A stretch of 63,730 nucleotides of DNA, the filler included, from Candidatus Woesearchaeota archaeon (GTDB lineage: Archaea; Nanobdellota; Nanobdellia; Woesearchaeales; WJIZ01): assembly GCA_018221205.1 (NCBI GenBank). It is 8 parts of 8 records of this genome, joined end to end, with 100 filler letters (N's around TTAATTAATTAA, not from the genome) between each part and the next. Parts side by side here need not be neighbours in the genome. Positions count along the whole stretch, not along the records: positions 22,190 to 34,608 come from JAAOYF010000009.1; positions 34,709 to 44,076 come from JAAOYF010000046.1; 6 more parts are not named here. One strand, 5' to 3'. The translations under genes were made by a program, and so were the position numbers. A model generated the notes under the pieces. That model was not told where the DNA came from, ran no database searches, and saw only the letters and a list, made by a program, of their open reading frames with translations. Below, piece by piece: positions 29,923 to 40,631 of this stretch. The stretch's first letter is position 1, and every line of letters starts with the position of its first letter.

Positions 29923-32900
29923 ATGAAAGTACGCGAAATGATGAAGGAATTAGAATCAGAGAAAATTTCAACCTGGTTTGATTTAGGTCTATTCATGGAT
30001 AGATTGCGCGAAAATAGAATTAATTCACCAATTCAATTTGAAGGGACGCTTGAAAGTTTTAAGAAACGCATGGCAAAGGGGGTTGCCTTCATTACTTTCT
30101 CTTATTCTGTTGATGGAATCACCATGGAATGTGCAAAATATGCTAAAATTTTCAGATCCATCTTGAACAAACCGAAAATTCACTATATTGCTGGAGAGTT
30201 CCATCCTGAATCAACCGCTTTGATACATCCTGATGTAAAAAAGTTTCAAGTGGATGAAATTGCTGGTTTTGAAAAATGGGACCTCTACAATGATTTTTTT
30301 CATAAAAAAATTTTTCGAGGGGACATTGTGTACAATAATCTCATAAAGAAATTCTGGAAAGAAACAATTGTTATTTGCAGAAAACTTGGAAAATATATAG
30401 AAGGAAACGATATTAAACTTCTCTATCTTCTCAACATCAATTCAAATCCTGGGAATGTTTCATTGGCATTGGCTTGTGTGCTTCTCTCTGAATATCTAAA
30501 AATTCCTGTTATTTGCAACAATCACGATTTTTATTGGGACGGTGGGAACAAAAAAGTAGATATTAAAACGAAAGGCCTAAAACCTGGCCCAAGAGATTTT
30601 TTCTTTACAAACTCTGACGTCGGTGAATTTTTCTCGATTATTAATGTACTCTTTCCATGGGAATCAAAATCATGGATTTCTGTGAATATCAACCGTAATC
30701 AGTCAAAAGTCTTAATCGAACGGTTAGGCCACAATCCAGCAAATGTAACTGAGATTGGAACAGCTATTGACTTGGATGAGTTTAAGAGCAGTACGGAAAG
30801 AAGAAAAATAGAGACATTTATTCAGATTTCAAAAGTATTGAGCCGATATAAAAGAAAAATTTCTGTAATGCCGATTGATCAGTTGCCGGGTGATACATTT
30901 GATAAGTCTGTCTTACCCTTCATAACAGGCCACAGGAGAGGTACGATTGACTTTATAGAAAATAATATTGTCTTTCTCCAACCAACAAGAATTATTGAGC
31001 GAAAGAGAATTGAAGTGAACTTTACGTTGATTACTAAATTATTTCATCATCCAGAGTTTACCCGGTTTTTTAATAATAACAAGAAACTGACACTTACTTT
31101 ACTGATTACCGGGCCAATTGCGGAAGGTCACACACCCTACATTAAAAAACTCCTCTCTGATTTCTCTACTCTACTCAAAACAGTTCCCCCTGGTTTAAAA
31201 GACAGAATTTTTCTAGCCTTCATCTTTTCTGAAATTGATAGACACGAGTTCAAAAAAAGATTTTCTCATCCAATACATATCTCAGATATCTATAATATTG
31301 CGAATTTGATTCTTCTTCCGAGTGAAACCGAAGGGAGGGGTCTTCCTATCATTGAATCAGCAGCAAGTCGCTCTCCTATTTTTACAAGAAGATATTATCC
31401 TACCCAAGTGTATGCGGAAGTTATCGGTGAGCATTTATCTAGTGACCAGCGGCTGCGCGTAATTGAATTCTCTAATGACTCAATCAACATTTCTATCGTA
31501 AATGATATAGTTAACAGAATTATTCATCCTCATGAGTATTTAGGGGATGCAGACCACAATAGGGGGGTAGTGGAAAGTAGATACAGCATGCACAATTTGC
31601 AGAAGAATATGGAGTCAATACTCCATAGCCTCTATCTTCAACTTCTACCTCAACATCAGGAGATGAAAGCAACAATTTTGGAGATGGGAAAGTATGAAAG
31701 AAAATTAACGAGAACTTATCCTGCGCTGAATGATATTCTACACACAAAAAATCGCCAATATCTTCCCGGATACGGAAAAATGGCTTTTATGATATATCTT
31801 AAATCTCTTATTGACCCAAGTTATTTTCGTGTCGAGGAACAAGAAACAAAAGGGAGAGCATTTCAATTTGCGAAATATCTTATTGAGAGCTATGCTGGCA
31901 CACAGCATATCTCAAAAGAAAAAGTACATGCATTCTATAACTGTGTTGATAATATTTTTCATTACAAAAATGGTTCCATCTCTGTGAGAATCGACCATTC
32001 GTTTTCGTATAGACATAGAAACAAAGATCTCTACCCCTATGGAAAATTTACTCACCAAGAAATAACTGGCGTTATCAACCTTCTCTTCAATTCAATTATA
32101 AAACCTCAAGCGTTGAAAATAAAATACGAAAGACGACCCCATCATTTAACTGATATACGAAATGCTTTTTGTCAACTAGCCGATAGTTTTAATCTGTACA
32201 TTGATCACAGTTCTCGATTGATTAAAAAACTTCGCAGTAATGTACCGATTGCTTACTTTCCAGGCAAACATATCAGACATGAATTGGAAATTTTTGTTGT
32301 ACACACCGTAAGAGAGCGACTCGGTTTGAGCCTTGAACAACCCTTAACTGAAAAAGAGTTGCTAAAGAAGAAACTGGCACCTATTTTTGTCATTAAACAA
32401 CGAAAACCATTGGGTAATTATTTCACTGCTGATGAATTGCGTAAATATTTATTGCTTGGAGCAAACTATGAACTAAGACTTCTTTATAAACATAATATCT
32501 GCAAAATTGTCACCAGTGAGCAAATGTCTGTTGGAATAGACTTTAGACAATTAGGAAAGAGGGCATTGAATACTCTCAGCTATGTGAAAAAGAATCATGG
32601 TTTTATCGTGACATTTGGAGAAAATTCAGCAATGATGACTGATATTGTAGATCTGGAAACCTTTCATATTGGAAAAGTAAAGAATATATTTACTTCAAAG
32701 GTAATGGGAATTCCACTTGATTCAGGATTTATCGAATGGGTCCCTCCAGGATTGCGGCCAACAATTGCATATCCTACCCCTATCCAGACATCAGCAGAGT
32801 TCTCGACTGCTTTTCATAGCAAACTGTATAGAAAATTATGTAAGGAATATGGAGAGAAAGCGATACTCAATATTCTTCGAAAGGATGCTGAGGAAAAGGG

Positions 32901-34068
32901 TTCTCCTGTCACGACAGTATTAAAGTACATCGATAAGCAAAGAAAAAAGGGAAATAATGATGTAGAATATTCCTATGTACGAGGAGTCTATGTTGACGGT
33001 CTTCCTTGGTCTGGTGTGATTGCGAAAGCCAACTTAAGCAACTCTAAAAAAAAGTGGACATTCAATGCCTTGTTTAGTAGCCATAAACCCCATACAGCTC
33101 AACATTTCATAAGAATCTTTGAGCGACGACATAAGGGCAAAGCACGAATTGTGTGGAATGGAGGATACATCCTCAATGCAGAACTTGTTGGAAAACTTGG
33201 CTTGTCAAAATCATATATCGGCAGTCCACTTGGACTAGTGATTTCTGATAATAAAATAATCTCTCCACCCCTCTTCAATAAACCAGCGATATTATTCCAC
33301 TCTACTGGAAAACTGGAAATCCGACGAGTTAATTGCTCTAAAGGAATGATCATATCATATAAACGCCATACGTATGCATTAACCAAAAAGCACTACAACC
33401 AAAAAAAACCAGGTGACTACCCTTGTTTTTATGATCTCATGCACAGTGAGGACACCATAGAAGGCAATGGAAGAACAATATATCGTTTGGCAGGAAACAG
33501 TATCAAAGAAATTATCAAAACAAAAAAGGGAGAGCGAATAGGCATTATTCCAGTCGGATTAACTCTTTCTTTTCCTAAAAACAAGGTTCCCATAGGTTGG
33601 GATATTGGGTCAAAGGTCTCAATCACTATGGATGAATTCAAGAATGTCCTCCATGGCATTGAGGCGGGACCAGTGTTATTGAAAAATGAGAAAATTGCAA
33701 TTGAAATGGAGAAAGAAGGGTGGAAATCAAGTAATTCCATCAAGACACAAGCTGCGCGTATTGACTATGTTGATATGAGGGGCCCAAAAATTGCTGTTGG
33801 CTTGGATAAAAAAGGAGATCTTTCAGTCTTAGTGGTTAATGGACGTATTAGAGAGTCAGTGGGCGCTACACATAGAGACATGGCACGAATCCTACTAAAG
33901 CATGGTATGGTCCATGCAATGGGCTTTGATCCTGGAGGGAGCAGTACATTAGTTGTTGATGGAAAAATTTTGAACATTTCCCCCTTTAATCATGATTACG
34001 AGCACAATCCTTATTCTCTTCCCCCTGAGCCAAGACCAATTTCAAACGTATTTATTGGCTGGCAATAA
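29923..34068 (+). CDS. 1381-aa fusion: GT-B (GT4-like) glycosyltransferase, unknown middle region, phosphodiester glycosidase (NAGPA-like) domain
   Basis: HDFYW, QPTRIIERKRIE, LPSETEGRGLPIIE; C-terminal NGGY, AGPVLL, GPKIAVG, VNGR, GFDPGGSSTL. Confidence 0.8.
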   Translation: MKVREMMKELESEKISTWFDLGLFMDRLRENRINSPIQFEGTLESFKKRMAKGVAFITFSYSVDGITMECAKYAKIFRSILNKPKIHYIAGEFHPESTALIHPDVKKFQVDEIAGFEKWDLYNDFFHKKIFRGDIVYNNLIKKFWKETIVICRKLGKYIEGNDIKLLYLLNINSNPGNVSLALACVLLSEYLKIPVICNNHDFYWDGGNKKVDIKTKGLKPGPRDFFFTNSDVGEFFSIINVLFPWESKSWISVNINRNQSKVLIERLGHNPANVTEIGTAIDLDEFKSSTERRKIETFIQISKVLSRYKRKISVMPIDQLPGDTFDKSVLPFITGHRRGTIDFIENNIVFLQPTRIIERKRIEVNFTLITKLFHHPEFTRFFNNNKKLTLTLLITGPIAEGHTPYIKKLLSDFSTLLKTVPPGLKDRIFLAFIFSEIDRHEFKKRFSHPIHISDIYNIANLILLPSETEGRGLPIIESAASRSPIFTRRYYPTQVYAEVIGEHLSSDQRLRVIEFSNDSINISIVNDIVNRIIHPHEYLGDADHNRGVVESRYSMHNLQKNMESILHSLYLQLLPQHQEMKATILEMGKYERKLTRTYPALNDILHTKNRQYLPGYGKMAFMIYLKSLIDPSYFRVEEQETKGRAFQFAKYLIESYAGTQHISKEKVHAFYNCVDNIFHYKNGSISVRIDHSFSYRHRNKDLYPYGKFTHQEITGVINLLFNSIIKPQALKIKYERRPHHLTDIRNAFCQLADSFNLYIDHSSRLIKKLRSNVPIAYFPGKHIRHELEIFVVHTVRERLGLSLEQPLTEKELLKKKLAPIFVIKQRKPLGNYFTADELRKYLLLGANYELRLLYKHNICKIVTSEQMSVGIDFRQLGKRALNTLSYVKKNHGFIVTFGENSAMMTDIVDLETFHIGKVKNIFTSKVMGIPLDSGFIEWVPPGLRPTIAYPTPIQTSAEFSTAFHSKLYRKLCKEYGEKAILNILRKDAEEKGSPVTTVLKYIDKQRKKGNNDVEYSYVRGVYVDGLPWSGVIAKANLSNSKKKWTFNALFSSHKPHTAQHFIRIFERRHKGKARIVWNGGYILNAELVGKLGLSKSYIGSPLGLVISDNKIISPPLFNKPAILFHSTGKLEIRRVNCSKGMIISYKRHTYALTKKHYNQKKPGDYPCFYDLMHSEDTIEGNGRTIYRLAGNSIKEIIKTKKGERIGIIPVGLTLSFPKNKVPIGWDIGSKVSITMDEFKNVLHGIEAGPVLLKNEKIAIEMEKEGWKSSNSIKTQAARIDYVDMRGPKIAVGLDKKGDLSVLVVNGRIRESVGATHRDMARILLKHGMVHAMGFDPGGSSTLVVDGKILNISPFNHDYEHNPYSLPPEPRPISNVFIGWQ

Positions 34069-34084
34069 TTTCGAATTTGTTTAC

Positions 34085-34190
34085 ACGAAAAAGCCAGAAA
34101 GCTCCTTGCTTTAGCTAGGAGATGAATGGCTTTTTGTGCAAAGAAATGCCATGCATTTCTTGCACAAGAAATCGCTAGCACAATTTCTAT
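34085..34190. other. Intergenic palindrome cluster including an IS200/IS605-end-like hairpin
   Basis: AAAAAGCCA...TGGCTTTTT enclosing CTCCTTGC-TTTA-GCTAGGAG; AAGAAATGC/GCATTTCTT hairpin. Confidence 0.55.
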
Positions 34191-34318
34191 GACGTTCCAA
34201 AAGGAACCATTACTATAAGGGGCTCAGAACCATTTAAAACAACAACATCTAACTCCTTCTCTTTTAAATCGAAGTTGCAAAAATCAAAGATACATAGAAA
34301 CGGAGTTTCTTGATAATG

Positions 34319-34608
34319 TTAAGATAAACGGCTATCCATATGCACACTCCTTTGAGGATACGCGATATCAATATTCTTTGATTTTCGTATCCGATCATAA
34401 ATTTCCTTCGTTATCTTACTTGTGTACTCTTGGAGATGAGTAGCAGGTGAAAAGTATCGGATATGAACTCCCATTCCGTCTGGTCGGAAGAATGTTCGAA
34501 TATAGGGAGGCTCTGGAGGTTTTAATTTCATAAGATATTTTTTAGCAGATTGCATTATTATGATCAATGCTTTGTCTAAATCACTCTCAAAGGTTATGGG
34601 GACAATGA
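34319..34608 (-). CDS. MscS mechanosensitive channel, C-terminal fragment (5' truncated by linker)
   Basis: VPITFESDLDKA...EPPYIR...IDIAYPQRSVH. Confidence 0.75.
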
Positions 34609-34716
34609 NNNNNNNNNNNNNNNNNNNNNNNNNNNNNNNNNNNNNNNNNNNNTTAATTAATTAANNNNNNNNNNNNNNNNNNNNNNNNNNNNNNNNNNNN
34701 NNNNNNNNTAGGGACG

Positions 34717-35148
34717 ATGTTTGATATGAAGATCGAAGGCATCGGAGCTGTTTTGCAGGAGCTTGAGGCCATGAAAGTACAGGAAGAAAGGCAGACAAGA
34801 TTACTCGGGCAACTTACTCCTATTACTGAGACTATTTTTCAGAGAGGTTCTCAAAATCGAAATGCACTCAGCGAGCTTCTTGGAAAGTTGCAAGGCCTTA
34901 TGAACGCAATGGATAGATTGAAGTCCGAATCTGAGGATTTGAAAAGCAAACTCAAGAAGCATGCAGGGACAAATGAATGGATGCAGTCTTCAGCAGGAAA
35001 ATTGGTTGCACTTCTGAGATCTGAAAGGAGAAAAATCAGTTCCATCAGGGCAAAAATCACTGCTGTTGAAAAATCAAGTGAAAAAGAAGGGGAAGCTGTG
35101 CGCGGTCAAATAATCCAGCTGCAGCAACGCCCGTCTAAAGTCGCTTAG
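34717..35148 (+). CDS. Coiled-coil hypothetical protein (possibly 5' truncated)
   Basis: Helical heptad-rich ORF at contig start. Confidence 0.6.
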   Translation: MFDMKIEGIGAVLQELEAMKVQEERQTRLLGQLTPITETIFQRGSQNRNALSELLGKLQGLMNAMDRLKSESEDLKSKLKKHAGTNEWMQSSAGKLVALLRSERRKISSIRAKITAVEKSSEKEGEAVRGQIIQLQQRPSKVA

Positions 35149-35588
35149 ATCCGTAATCTTCTGTTCTTTGGCACGTAATTCAACAGCTTCTTATCGACTG
35201 CCTTGCCGCAGCCGAGGAAATCATCTTTGTTCTTGATGAGATAATAGCCTTTTTCCTCGATCTCTTTCGAAAGGTCGATGCCCCTAAGCCAATCCAAGGC
35301 ATCTTCATCGTCTAATTTGAGGATGTTTTCAGAACAATCAGGACCGATCAACTGTGAGCCTTCGATGCTCAACCGTATCTCGTTGGCGTGCAGCTCTCCG
35401 AAATACATGCCGATATTGTTGACTCTCAATTTCGAGGTGTCGATATTCCTGAAATCTTTGTTCACTAAGAAGATCCGATTCTTGTTATTCATCAAGAAGG
35501 CATAGTCGAGCTTCTTCTTGTAGCCGAACCTTTCGAGCAGTGAGATGGTCTTCTTCATCTCTCTGCTGTTGAGAATCTTATATTCCAT
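35145..35588 (-). CDS. NIP7/RsmF C-terminal-like PUA-related RNA-binding protein
   Basis: GMYFG...IRLSIEGSQLIG...WLRG...LGCGK...NYVPK. Confidence 0.8.
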   Translation of the reverse strand: MEYKILNSREMKKTISLLERFGYKKKLDYAFLMNNKNRIFLVNKDFRNIDTSKLRVNNIGMYFGELHANEIRLSIEGSQLIGPDCSENILKLDDEDALDWLRGIDLSKEIEEKGYYLIKNKDDFLGCGKAVDKKLLNYVPKNRRLRI

Positions 35589-37342
35589 CAGACGCCCCAA
35601 ACAACGTTATCCTGGCGCTTTATCTCAGCTATCTCCTTCAAGACCATCTTTTGGTCTTCTGAAAGATGGGATTTCAGCTTCTTGAACTTCTTGAAATCAG
35701 CTTCTGGCAGGTCGGAATAGAGTATGTCTTCTTCATTGATCTGCCTTCCTACTGTAAGATTTGGCAAGGAAATGGCGACTTGTTTCCCTTTCTCTGCCTT
35801 GTCGATGGATTTTTTATCTGCCTGCATGCCTTTTACAGAGGTCAGTTTCTTTCCTTTTCGATTCATTATGGGGGCATTTGCTGTCACGGTTCCGGCAATC
35901 ACTTCGACGCCGACGACAGCAGGATTACTCTGCCTGAAAATATATCCTTTCATGATATGGACTTTACATGGCTGCACTAAGGTATCTAATTCAGAAGCCT
36001 GCTGTTCTGCCTTCTGCTCTTCGACCCATTTCTTGAACTTGTCGATGATCTCATAGATGATCTGAGAGGAGATTATCTTCACGTTGGCATCACATATACC
36101 TGAGATATCTTCGACATTAAAGCCGAGAACAACACACGTAAAGGGATCCACTTCTTTATTTGCGGACGCATCTGCAATATCTTTCTTTGTTATATTGCCG
36201 ATTGTCGCTTTCTTTATCTCGATCTTTTCTTCTTTCAACAATTTAAGGAGGGCTTCTAATGATCCTAATGAGTCAGCTTTCACGACTATCCCTGTTTTAT
36301 CAGTTTCAATGACAACTTCTTCAACCTGGCTCTGGACATCTTCTTTTGCTTTCTCGATATCAGTCGCCTGTATGATTGGCATGCCTGCTACGACATCCTG
36401 TACGTCAGGAGCTGCAATCTTCACGCCTTTGGCAGCAGCCACTTCTTTCACAGAAGTGAATTTTGATTTCTTGTCCCGCATCTCAGCTAGGGGTGCAGGT
36501 TCGAACAATGCTTTCACTCTCGTAACAATTGGTTCATGCAGACCGCCAATCACAATAGTATCATTCACCCTCAATGTCCCGTCATAGAGGATCGCGTCGA
36601 TACTCTTCCCGATCCCTTTATCTTCTTTCACCTCTAGGATGATCCCTTTTGCTGGACCATCAACATCACATTCAAGACATTTCTCCAGGAATTTTTGTGC
36701 CAGGCCTGATAAGACCATGAGCAATTCTGGAATGCCTTCACCAGTCTCTGCAGAAGTGGGGACAATAGCTATCTGTTTTGTATAATCTTCTACTCGGTCG
36801 AACCTATCAGCTTGCAAGCCGTATTCTGCGAGCTTGCCAACAATCTCATAGAGTTTTTTCTCTATCTGCTCTATTGTCTGAGGAGATTGTGTGTTAATAT
36901 TGTTGAGTAATGCCCCTTCCTGTTTTTTCCATCCTGCCAATAAGTCAATCTTATTTGCGGCGATGATGAATGGAGTCTTGTACTGCTTGAGAATCTCTAT
37001 CGATTCAATGGTCTGGGGCATGAGACCTTCTCTTATATCAATCACGAGAATGGCGATATCAGCCAAGTTGCCTCCACGTTTTCTTAAGTTGGTGAACGCG
37101 GCATGGCCGGGAGTGTCTATAAATAATAGGCCAGGGATAGTAAAGTTGAGTTTCATCGCATCAAGAAGGGGGCCGCAAATCTTTTTGATGACTTCCAAAG
37201 GGATGATAGAGGCGCCGATCGCTTGGGTAATGGCACCTGCCTCGGTCTTGACAATAGCGCTGCCCCTAATTCTGTCTAGGATAGATGATTTTCCATGGTC
37301 TACATGACCTACTACTGTGCATATCGGACATCGAATTGTCAT
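35588..37342 (-). CDS. infB: Translation initiation factor aIF5B (IF-2)
   Basis: GHVDHGKS, AITQAIGA, DTPGH, NKID, DSLGSLEAL, FRQSNPAVVGV. Confidence 0.97.
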   Translation of the reverse strand: MTIRCPICTVVGHVDHGKSSILDRIRGSAIVKTEAGAITQAIGASIIPLEVIKKICGPLLDAMKLNFTIPGLLFIDTPGHAAFTNLRKRGGNLADIAILVIDIREGLMPQTIESIEILKQYKTPFIIAANKIDLLAGWKKQEGALLNNINTQSPQTIEQIEKKLYEIVGKLAEYGLQADRFDRVEDYTKQIAIVPTSAETGEGIPELLMVLSGLAQKFLEKCLECDVDGPAKGIILEVKEDKGIGKSIDAILYDGTLRVNDTIVIGGLHEPIVTRVKALFEPAPLAEMRDKKSKFTSVKEVAAAKGVKIAAPDVQDVVAGMPIIQATDIEKAKEDVQSQVEEVVIETDKTGIVVKADSLGSLEALLKLLKEEKIEIKKATIGNITKKDIADASANKEVDPFTCVVLGFNVEDISGICDANVKIISSQIIYEIIDKFKKWVEEQKAEQQASELDTLVQPCKVHIMKGYIFRQSNPAVVGVEVIAGTVTANAPIMNRKGKKLTSVKGMQADKKSIDKAEKGKQVAISLPNLTVGRQINEEDILYSDLPEADFKKFKKLKSHLSEDQKMVLKEIAEIKRQDNVVWGV

Positions 37343-37446
37343 ACGAATAAAGATTAGTGAAAGCTTTTTAAAGGTTGCTCAAGAGGATCCCATGGAAAGG
37401 TTTATAAATCAGTTCTCATTCTATAATAGTAACTGGAGGGGAGATT

Positions 37447-37833
37447 ATGAAAGATATACTCACATTATTTGTTTTGGGAATTGTCTTTTCGGCAGTCTCA
37501 GGAATAAGCCTCATCGATACTGCTTTTCCTATCGAGCCTGTTGTAAGAGGTGAGACTGCAGAGATCTATGTTTCGGCTTATACTGAGCCAGGAGATGACG
37601 AGTTCGAGGAGTCTAGAACAATCAAGAACCTTCGTATCGGCGCATATTGGCTTGATCTGGGTTTGATCGATATGACCTCAGAATCCAATCTGGAGGATGG
37701 GGGCGTGTGGACAACACTCTTGACATTTGACATCCCATTGAATGCTCATCGAGGATGGCATCCTATCTATGTGTGGATGTATGGGGATAATGGCGCTAGA
37801 GACGGAAGATATATCTTCACCTATGTAAGGTAA
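37447..37833 (+). CDS. Secreted Ig-like hypothetical protein
   Basis: Signal peptide; GGAGGGG RBS; beta-rich. Confidence 0.7.
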   Translation: MKDILTLFVLGIVFSAVSGISLIDTAFPIEPVVRGETAEIYVSAYTEPGDDEFEESRTIKNLRIGAYWLDLGLIDMTSESNLEDGGVWTTLLTFDIPLNAHRGWHPIYVWMYGDNGARDGRYIFTYVR

Positions 37834-37865
37834 ATTTATTAACCCATTCTTTTTCTTCTTTGTTT

Positions 37866-38879
37866 ATGATCACAGAAGGCAAAGCTACGTTAGCTGTAAA
37901 GACGCAGAAGATAGTCTCTAAAGAGATGAACGTCTTCTATAACCCAGTCATGGCTTTCAATCGGGATATCTCTATCTTATTGCTCAATGCTCTGAAGAAA
38001 AAAGATTTTCAGATCGGACTGCCTTTAGCGGGTTCGGGTATAAGAGGAATCAGATTCCTGAGAGAAGTCAAGGGAATAAAGAATATATGGTTCAATGATC
38101 ATGATAAGAAGGCAACCTTATCAATAAAGAAAAACTTAAAGTTGAATAACATCAAAGCTAAGTTCTCTATCAGTAATGAAGATGCAAATCTGTTCTTATT
38201 GAAATCAGCAGGTTTTGATTATATCGATATAGACCCTTTCGGCAGTCCGAATGCTTTTCTGGATTCATCTGTACGCAGGATCTCCCGGAATGGCATACTG
38301 GGAATAACTGCTACGGACACTTCTGCTCTATGCGGAACATATGTCAAAGCATGCAGGCGAAAATACTGGGCCAATCCTTTACGGAATGAGACGATGCATG
38401 AGATCGGTATTCGAATCCTTATTAGGAAGGTGCAGTTAATCGGGGCACAATATGAGAAGGCACTGATTCCGATCCTCTCTTATTCCAAAGACCATTATAT
38501 GAGGGTCTTTTTCTTATGTGAAAAAGGGAAGAGCAAGGTTGATCCTGTGCTGAAGCAGCATGATATGTTTGGAGAATCAGGACCATTATGGGAAGGGAAG
38601 CTGTGGGATGAAAAATTAGTCAGAAAGATGCATAAGATATCTCCGAGCAGATTTCTTAAGACGATCTTGGATGAGTCAAAGATCCATACTATCGGATTCT
38701 ATCATCTTCCTTCAGTCGCGAAAAGACATAAACTAGGCAGTCTTCCTCGACAGGATGCTGTCATGAAAGCGATAAAGAAGAAAGGCCATAAAGTGAGCGA
38801 GACCCATTTCATGGAGAATAGCATCAGGAGCACTGTTGCTGAAAAAGATCTAGTGAGAATCATCAAAGCTATCCGATAG
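37866..38879 (+). CDS. trm1: tRNA (guanine26-N2)-dimethyltransferase Trm1 (compact)
   Basis: VFYNPVMAFNRD, GSGIRGIR, DIDPFGSP, TATDT, HEIGIRIL. Confidence 0.95.
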   Translation: MITEGKATLAVKTQKIVSKEMNVFYNPVMAFNRDISILLLNALKKKDFQIGLPLAGSGIRGIRFLREVKGIKNIWFNDHDKKATLSIKKNLKLNNIKAKFSISNEDANLFLLKSAGFDYIDIDPFGSPNAFLDSSVRRISRNGILGITATDTSALCGTYVKACRRKYWANPLRNETMHEIGIRILIRKVQLIGAQYEKALIPILSYSKDHYMRVFFLCEKGKSKVDPVLKQHDMFGESGPLWEGKLWDEKLVRKMHKISPSRFLKTILDESKIHTIGFYHLPSVAKRHKLGSLPRQDAVMKAIKKKGHKVSETHFMENSIRSTVAEKDLVRIIKAIR

Positions 38880-39147
38880 CTCTTCGGACATCAGTTATCT
38901 CAGCAGAATTCACTTCTTCGAAAGTAGCTATCTTCTCTGCGACTGGATCTGGACTTCCTTTCGCTTCGTCCATGACGAATATGATGTTCAATGAATTCAG
39001 GCCGAACGCAACAGGCTGGATGTCTGTCTTGGTCTCTTTGCCTTCATTGAAAGCAGTTATCTCTTCCAATGCTTTCTTTTCTAATGCTTTCAAATCCACT
39101 TCTGGAGAAGTAGGCATGATCTTGACAGTGACAACTACGCTTGCCAT
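38869..39147 (-). CDS. ef1b: Translation elongation factor aEF-1beta
   Basis: KIMPTSPEVDL, PVAFGL; start ATG 39147. Confidence 0.95.
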   Translation of the reverse strand: MASVVVTVKIMPTSPEVDLKALEKKALEEITAFNEGKETKTDIQPVAFGLNSLNIIFVMDEAKGSPDPVAEKIATFEEVNSAEITDVRRAIG

Positions 39148-39148
39148 G

Positions 39149-39322
39149 TTAATTCGGACCCGTGAAGCCGCATTTTTCACATTTATACTTGATAGCCAAA
39201 GTCCTTGCCCGAGAAGATCGTATGATGTTCGTCTCGCTGCATTGAGGGCAGGCGAACTCTACACTACCTGCATCATTTGTTATCCTTTCCTTGGTTGATG
39301 AGCATACTTTTTGTTCTGTCAT
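39149..39322 (-). CDS. Small Zn-ribbon protein, DUF1610/HVO_2753 family (57 aa; not in ORF track)
   Basis: FACPQCSE...YKCEKCGFTGPN*; usual position upstream of aEF-1beta. Confidence 0.85.
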   Translation of the reverse strand: MTEQKVCSSTKERITNDAGSVEFACPQCSETNIIRSSRARTLAIKYKCEKCGFTGPN

Positions 39323-39407
39323 AGTGTTTCTGGATTAAGAAGTGGTTTAAAAAGCTTGCGCTTAACCTGCATTGTTAAATTAAAGGGAGCTATCTGGACC
39401 AAAAAAA

Positions 39408-39563
39408 TTATTTCTTCTTAATCTTCCTCACTCGAGGTTTATTCCAATAAGGACTTTTACATTTTGGACAAACAGCAGGTTCATCATCGCTCCCACGAGG
39501 AACCCATTTATGTTCACAACGTTCACATTGGAATCCTTCAACTTCTATTTTTACTCTTGCCAT
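39408..39563 (-). CDS. Small Zn-finger protein (51 aa; not in ORF track)
   Basis: CERCEHKWVPR...CPKCKSPYWNKPR; divergent from transposase. Confidence 0.8.
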   Translation of the reverse strand: MARVKIEVEGFQCERCEHKWVPRGSDDEPAVCPKCKSPYWNKPRVRKIKKK

Positions 39564-39707
39564 TAGTAGATCTATGATTAACTAGTATATAAATATTTAG
39601 TATATTCTCTACCATAGAAATGTTTAAATAGTTAATATACCTAACTAATATATTATTAGTAAATAATATTAAGGGACTCCGAAGAGTCCCAGATTCCACT
39701 CGCTAAA

Positions 39708-40631
39708 ATGAAATCTAAAGAAAGAACCCAACAGAAGTATAAAAAGGTAACTTGCCCTAAATGTAGCTCTAACAAGTTCAAAAAGGATGGGAAAAGAAAA
39801 ACCCAGAATAGAGGTAAAATTCAAAGACATAGGTGTAAAAATTGTAACTTTAGGTATGTAATTGATGATGGATTCTTTAGAATGAGAAATCATCCTAACA
39901 AAATAACTTGTGCTATCGACTTATTCTACAAAGGGGTTTCAACAAGAAAAGTTCAAGAACATTTTCAAACATTTTATCCTAAGAATTCTACGAATGTTTC
40001 TGTCTACAATTGGATAATCAAATATTCTGACATGAAAGGAGGTTTTACTGATAAATTGAAAGTAAAATCTGGGAAAGAGATACAGGTAGATGAAATGGAG
40101 TATCATCGAAGACAAGAACATAAGAAAAGAGGTGTAAGTAAGGATTGGTTTATTGATTCAATCGATGTTCACACTAGATTTATGGTAGGTTCAAAGTATT
40201 TCAAATCGAGGGGAAAAACCGAAATAAAAGAAGTTTTGGCAAAAGTCAAATATAAAACAGAGGGATATGTAACAACAGTCACAACTGACGGTTATACTGC
40301 TTATGAGAATGTTGTTAAAAAAACATGGGGCTACAATAATAAAAAGGGTAGATACAATATTTTTCACAAGAAAGTCATAGCTTCTAAGGGAGAAGGGTTT
40401 AATTTGTTTATTGAGAGACTTCACAATTCTATAAGGGAAAGAACAAAGACGTTTAGGGGATTTCATGGAAGTGTAGAATCAGCACGCTCAATTATGAAAG
40501 GTTACGAGATATTTTACAATTTCATAAGAAAACACCAAGCGATAAATTGTTGCCCCTACGAATTAGCCACTGATTTAATTCTGGAGAGCTCTAATAGGTG
40601 GTTAGAGTTGATAAAACTGAGTAAGGTTTAA
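39708..40631 (+). mobile_element. IS6-family DDE transposase with N-terminal Zn ribbon
   Basis: CPKC...CKNC, HTH (GVSTRKV...VYNWI), QVDE / TTDG / IERLH, YNFIRKH. Confidence 0.88.
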
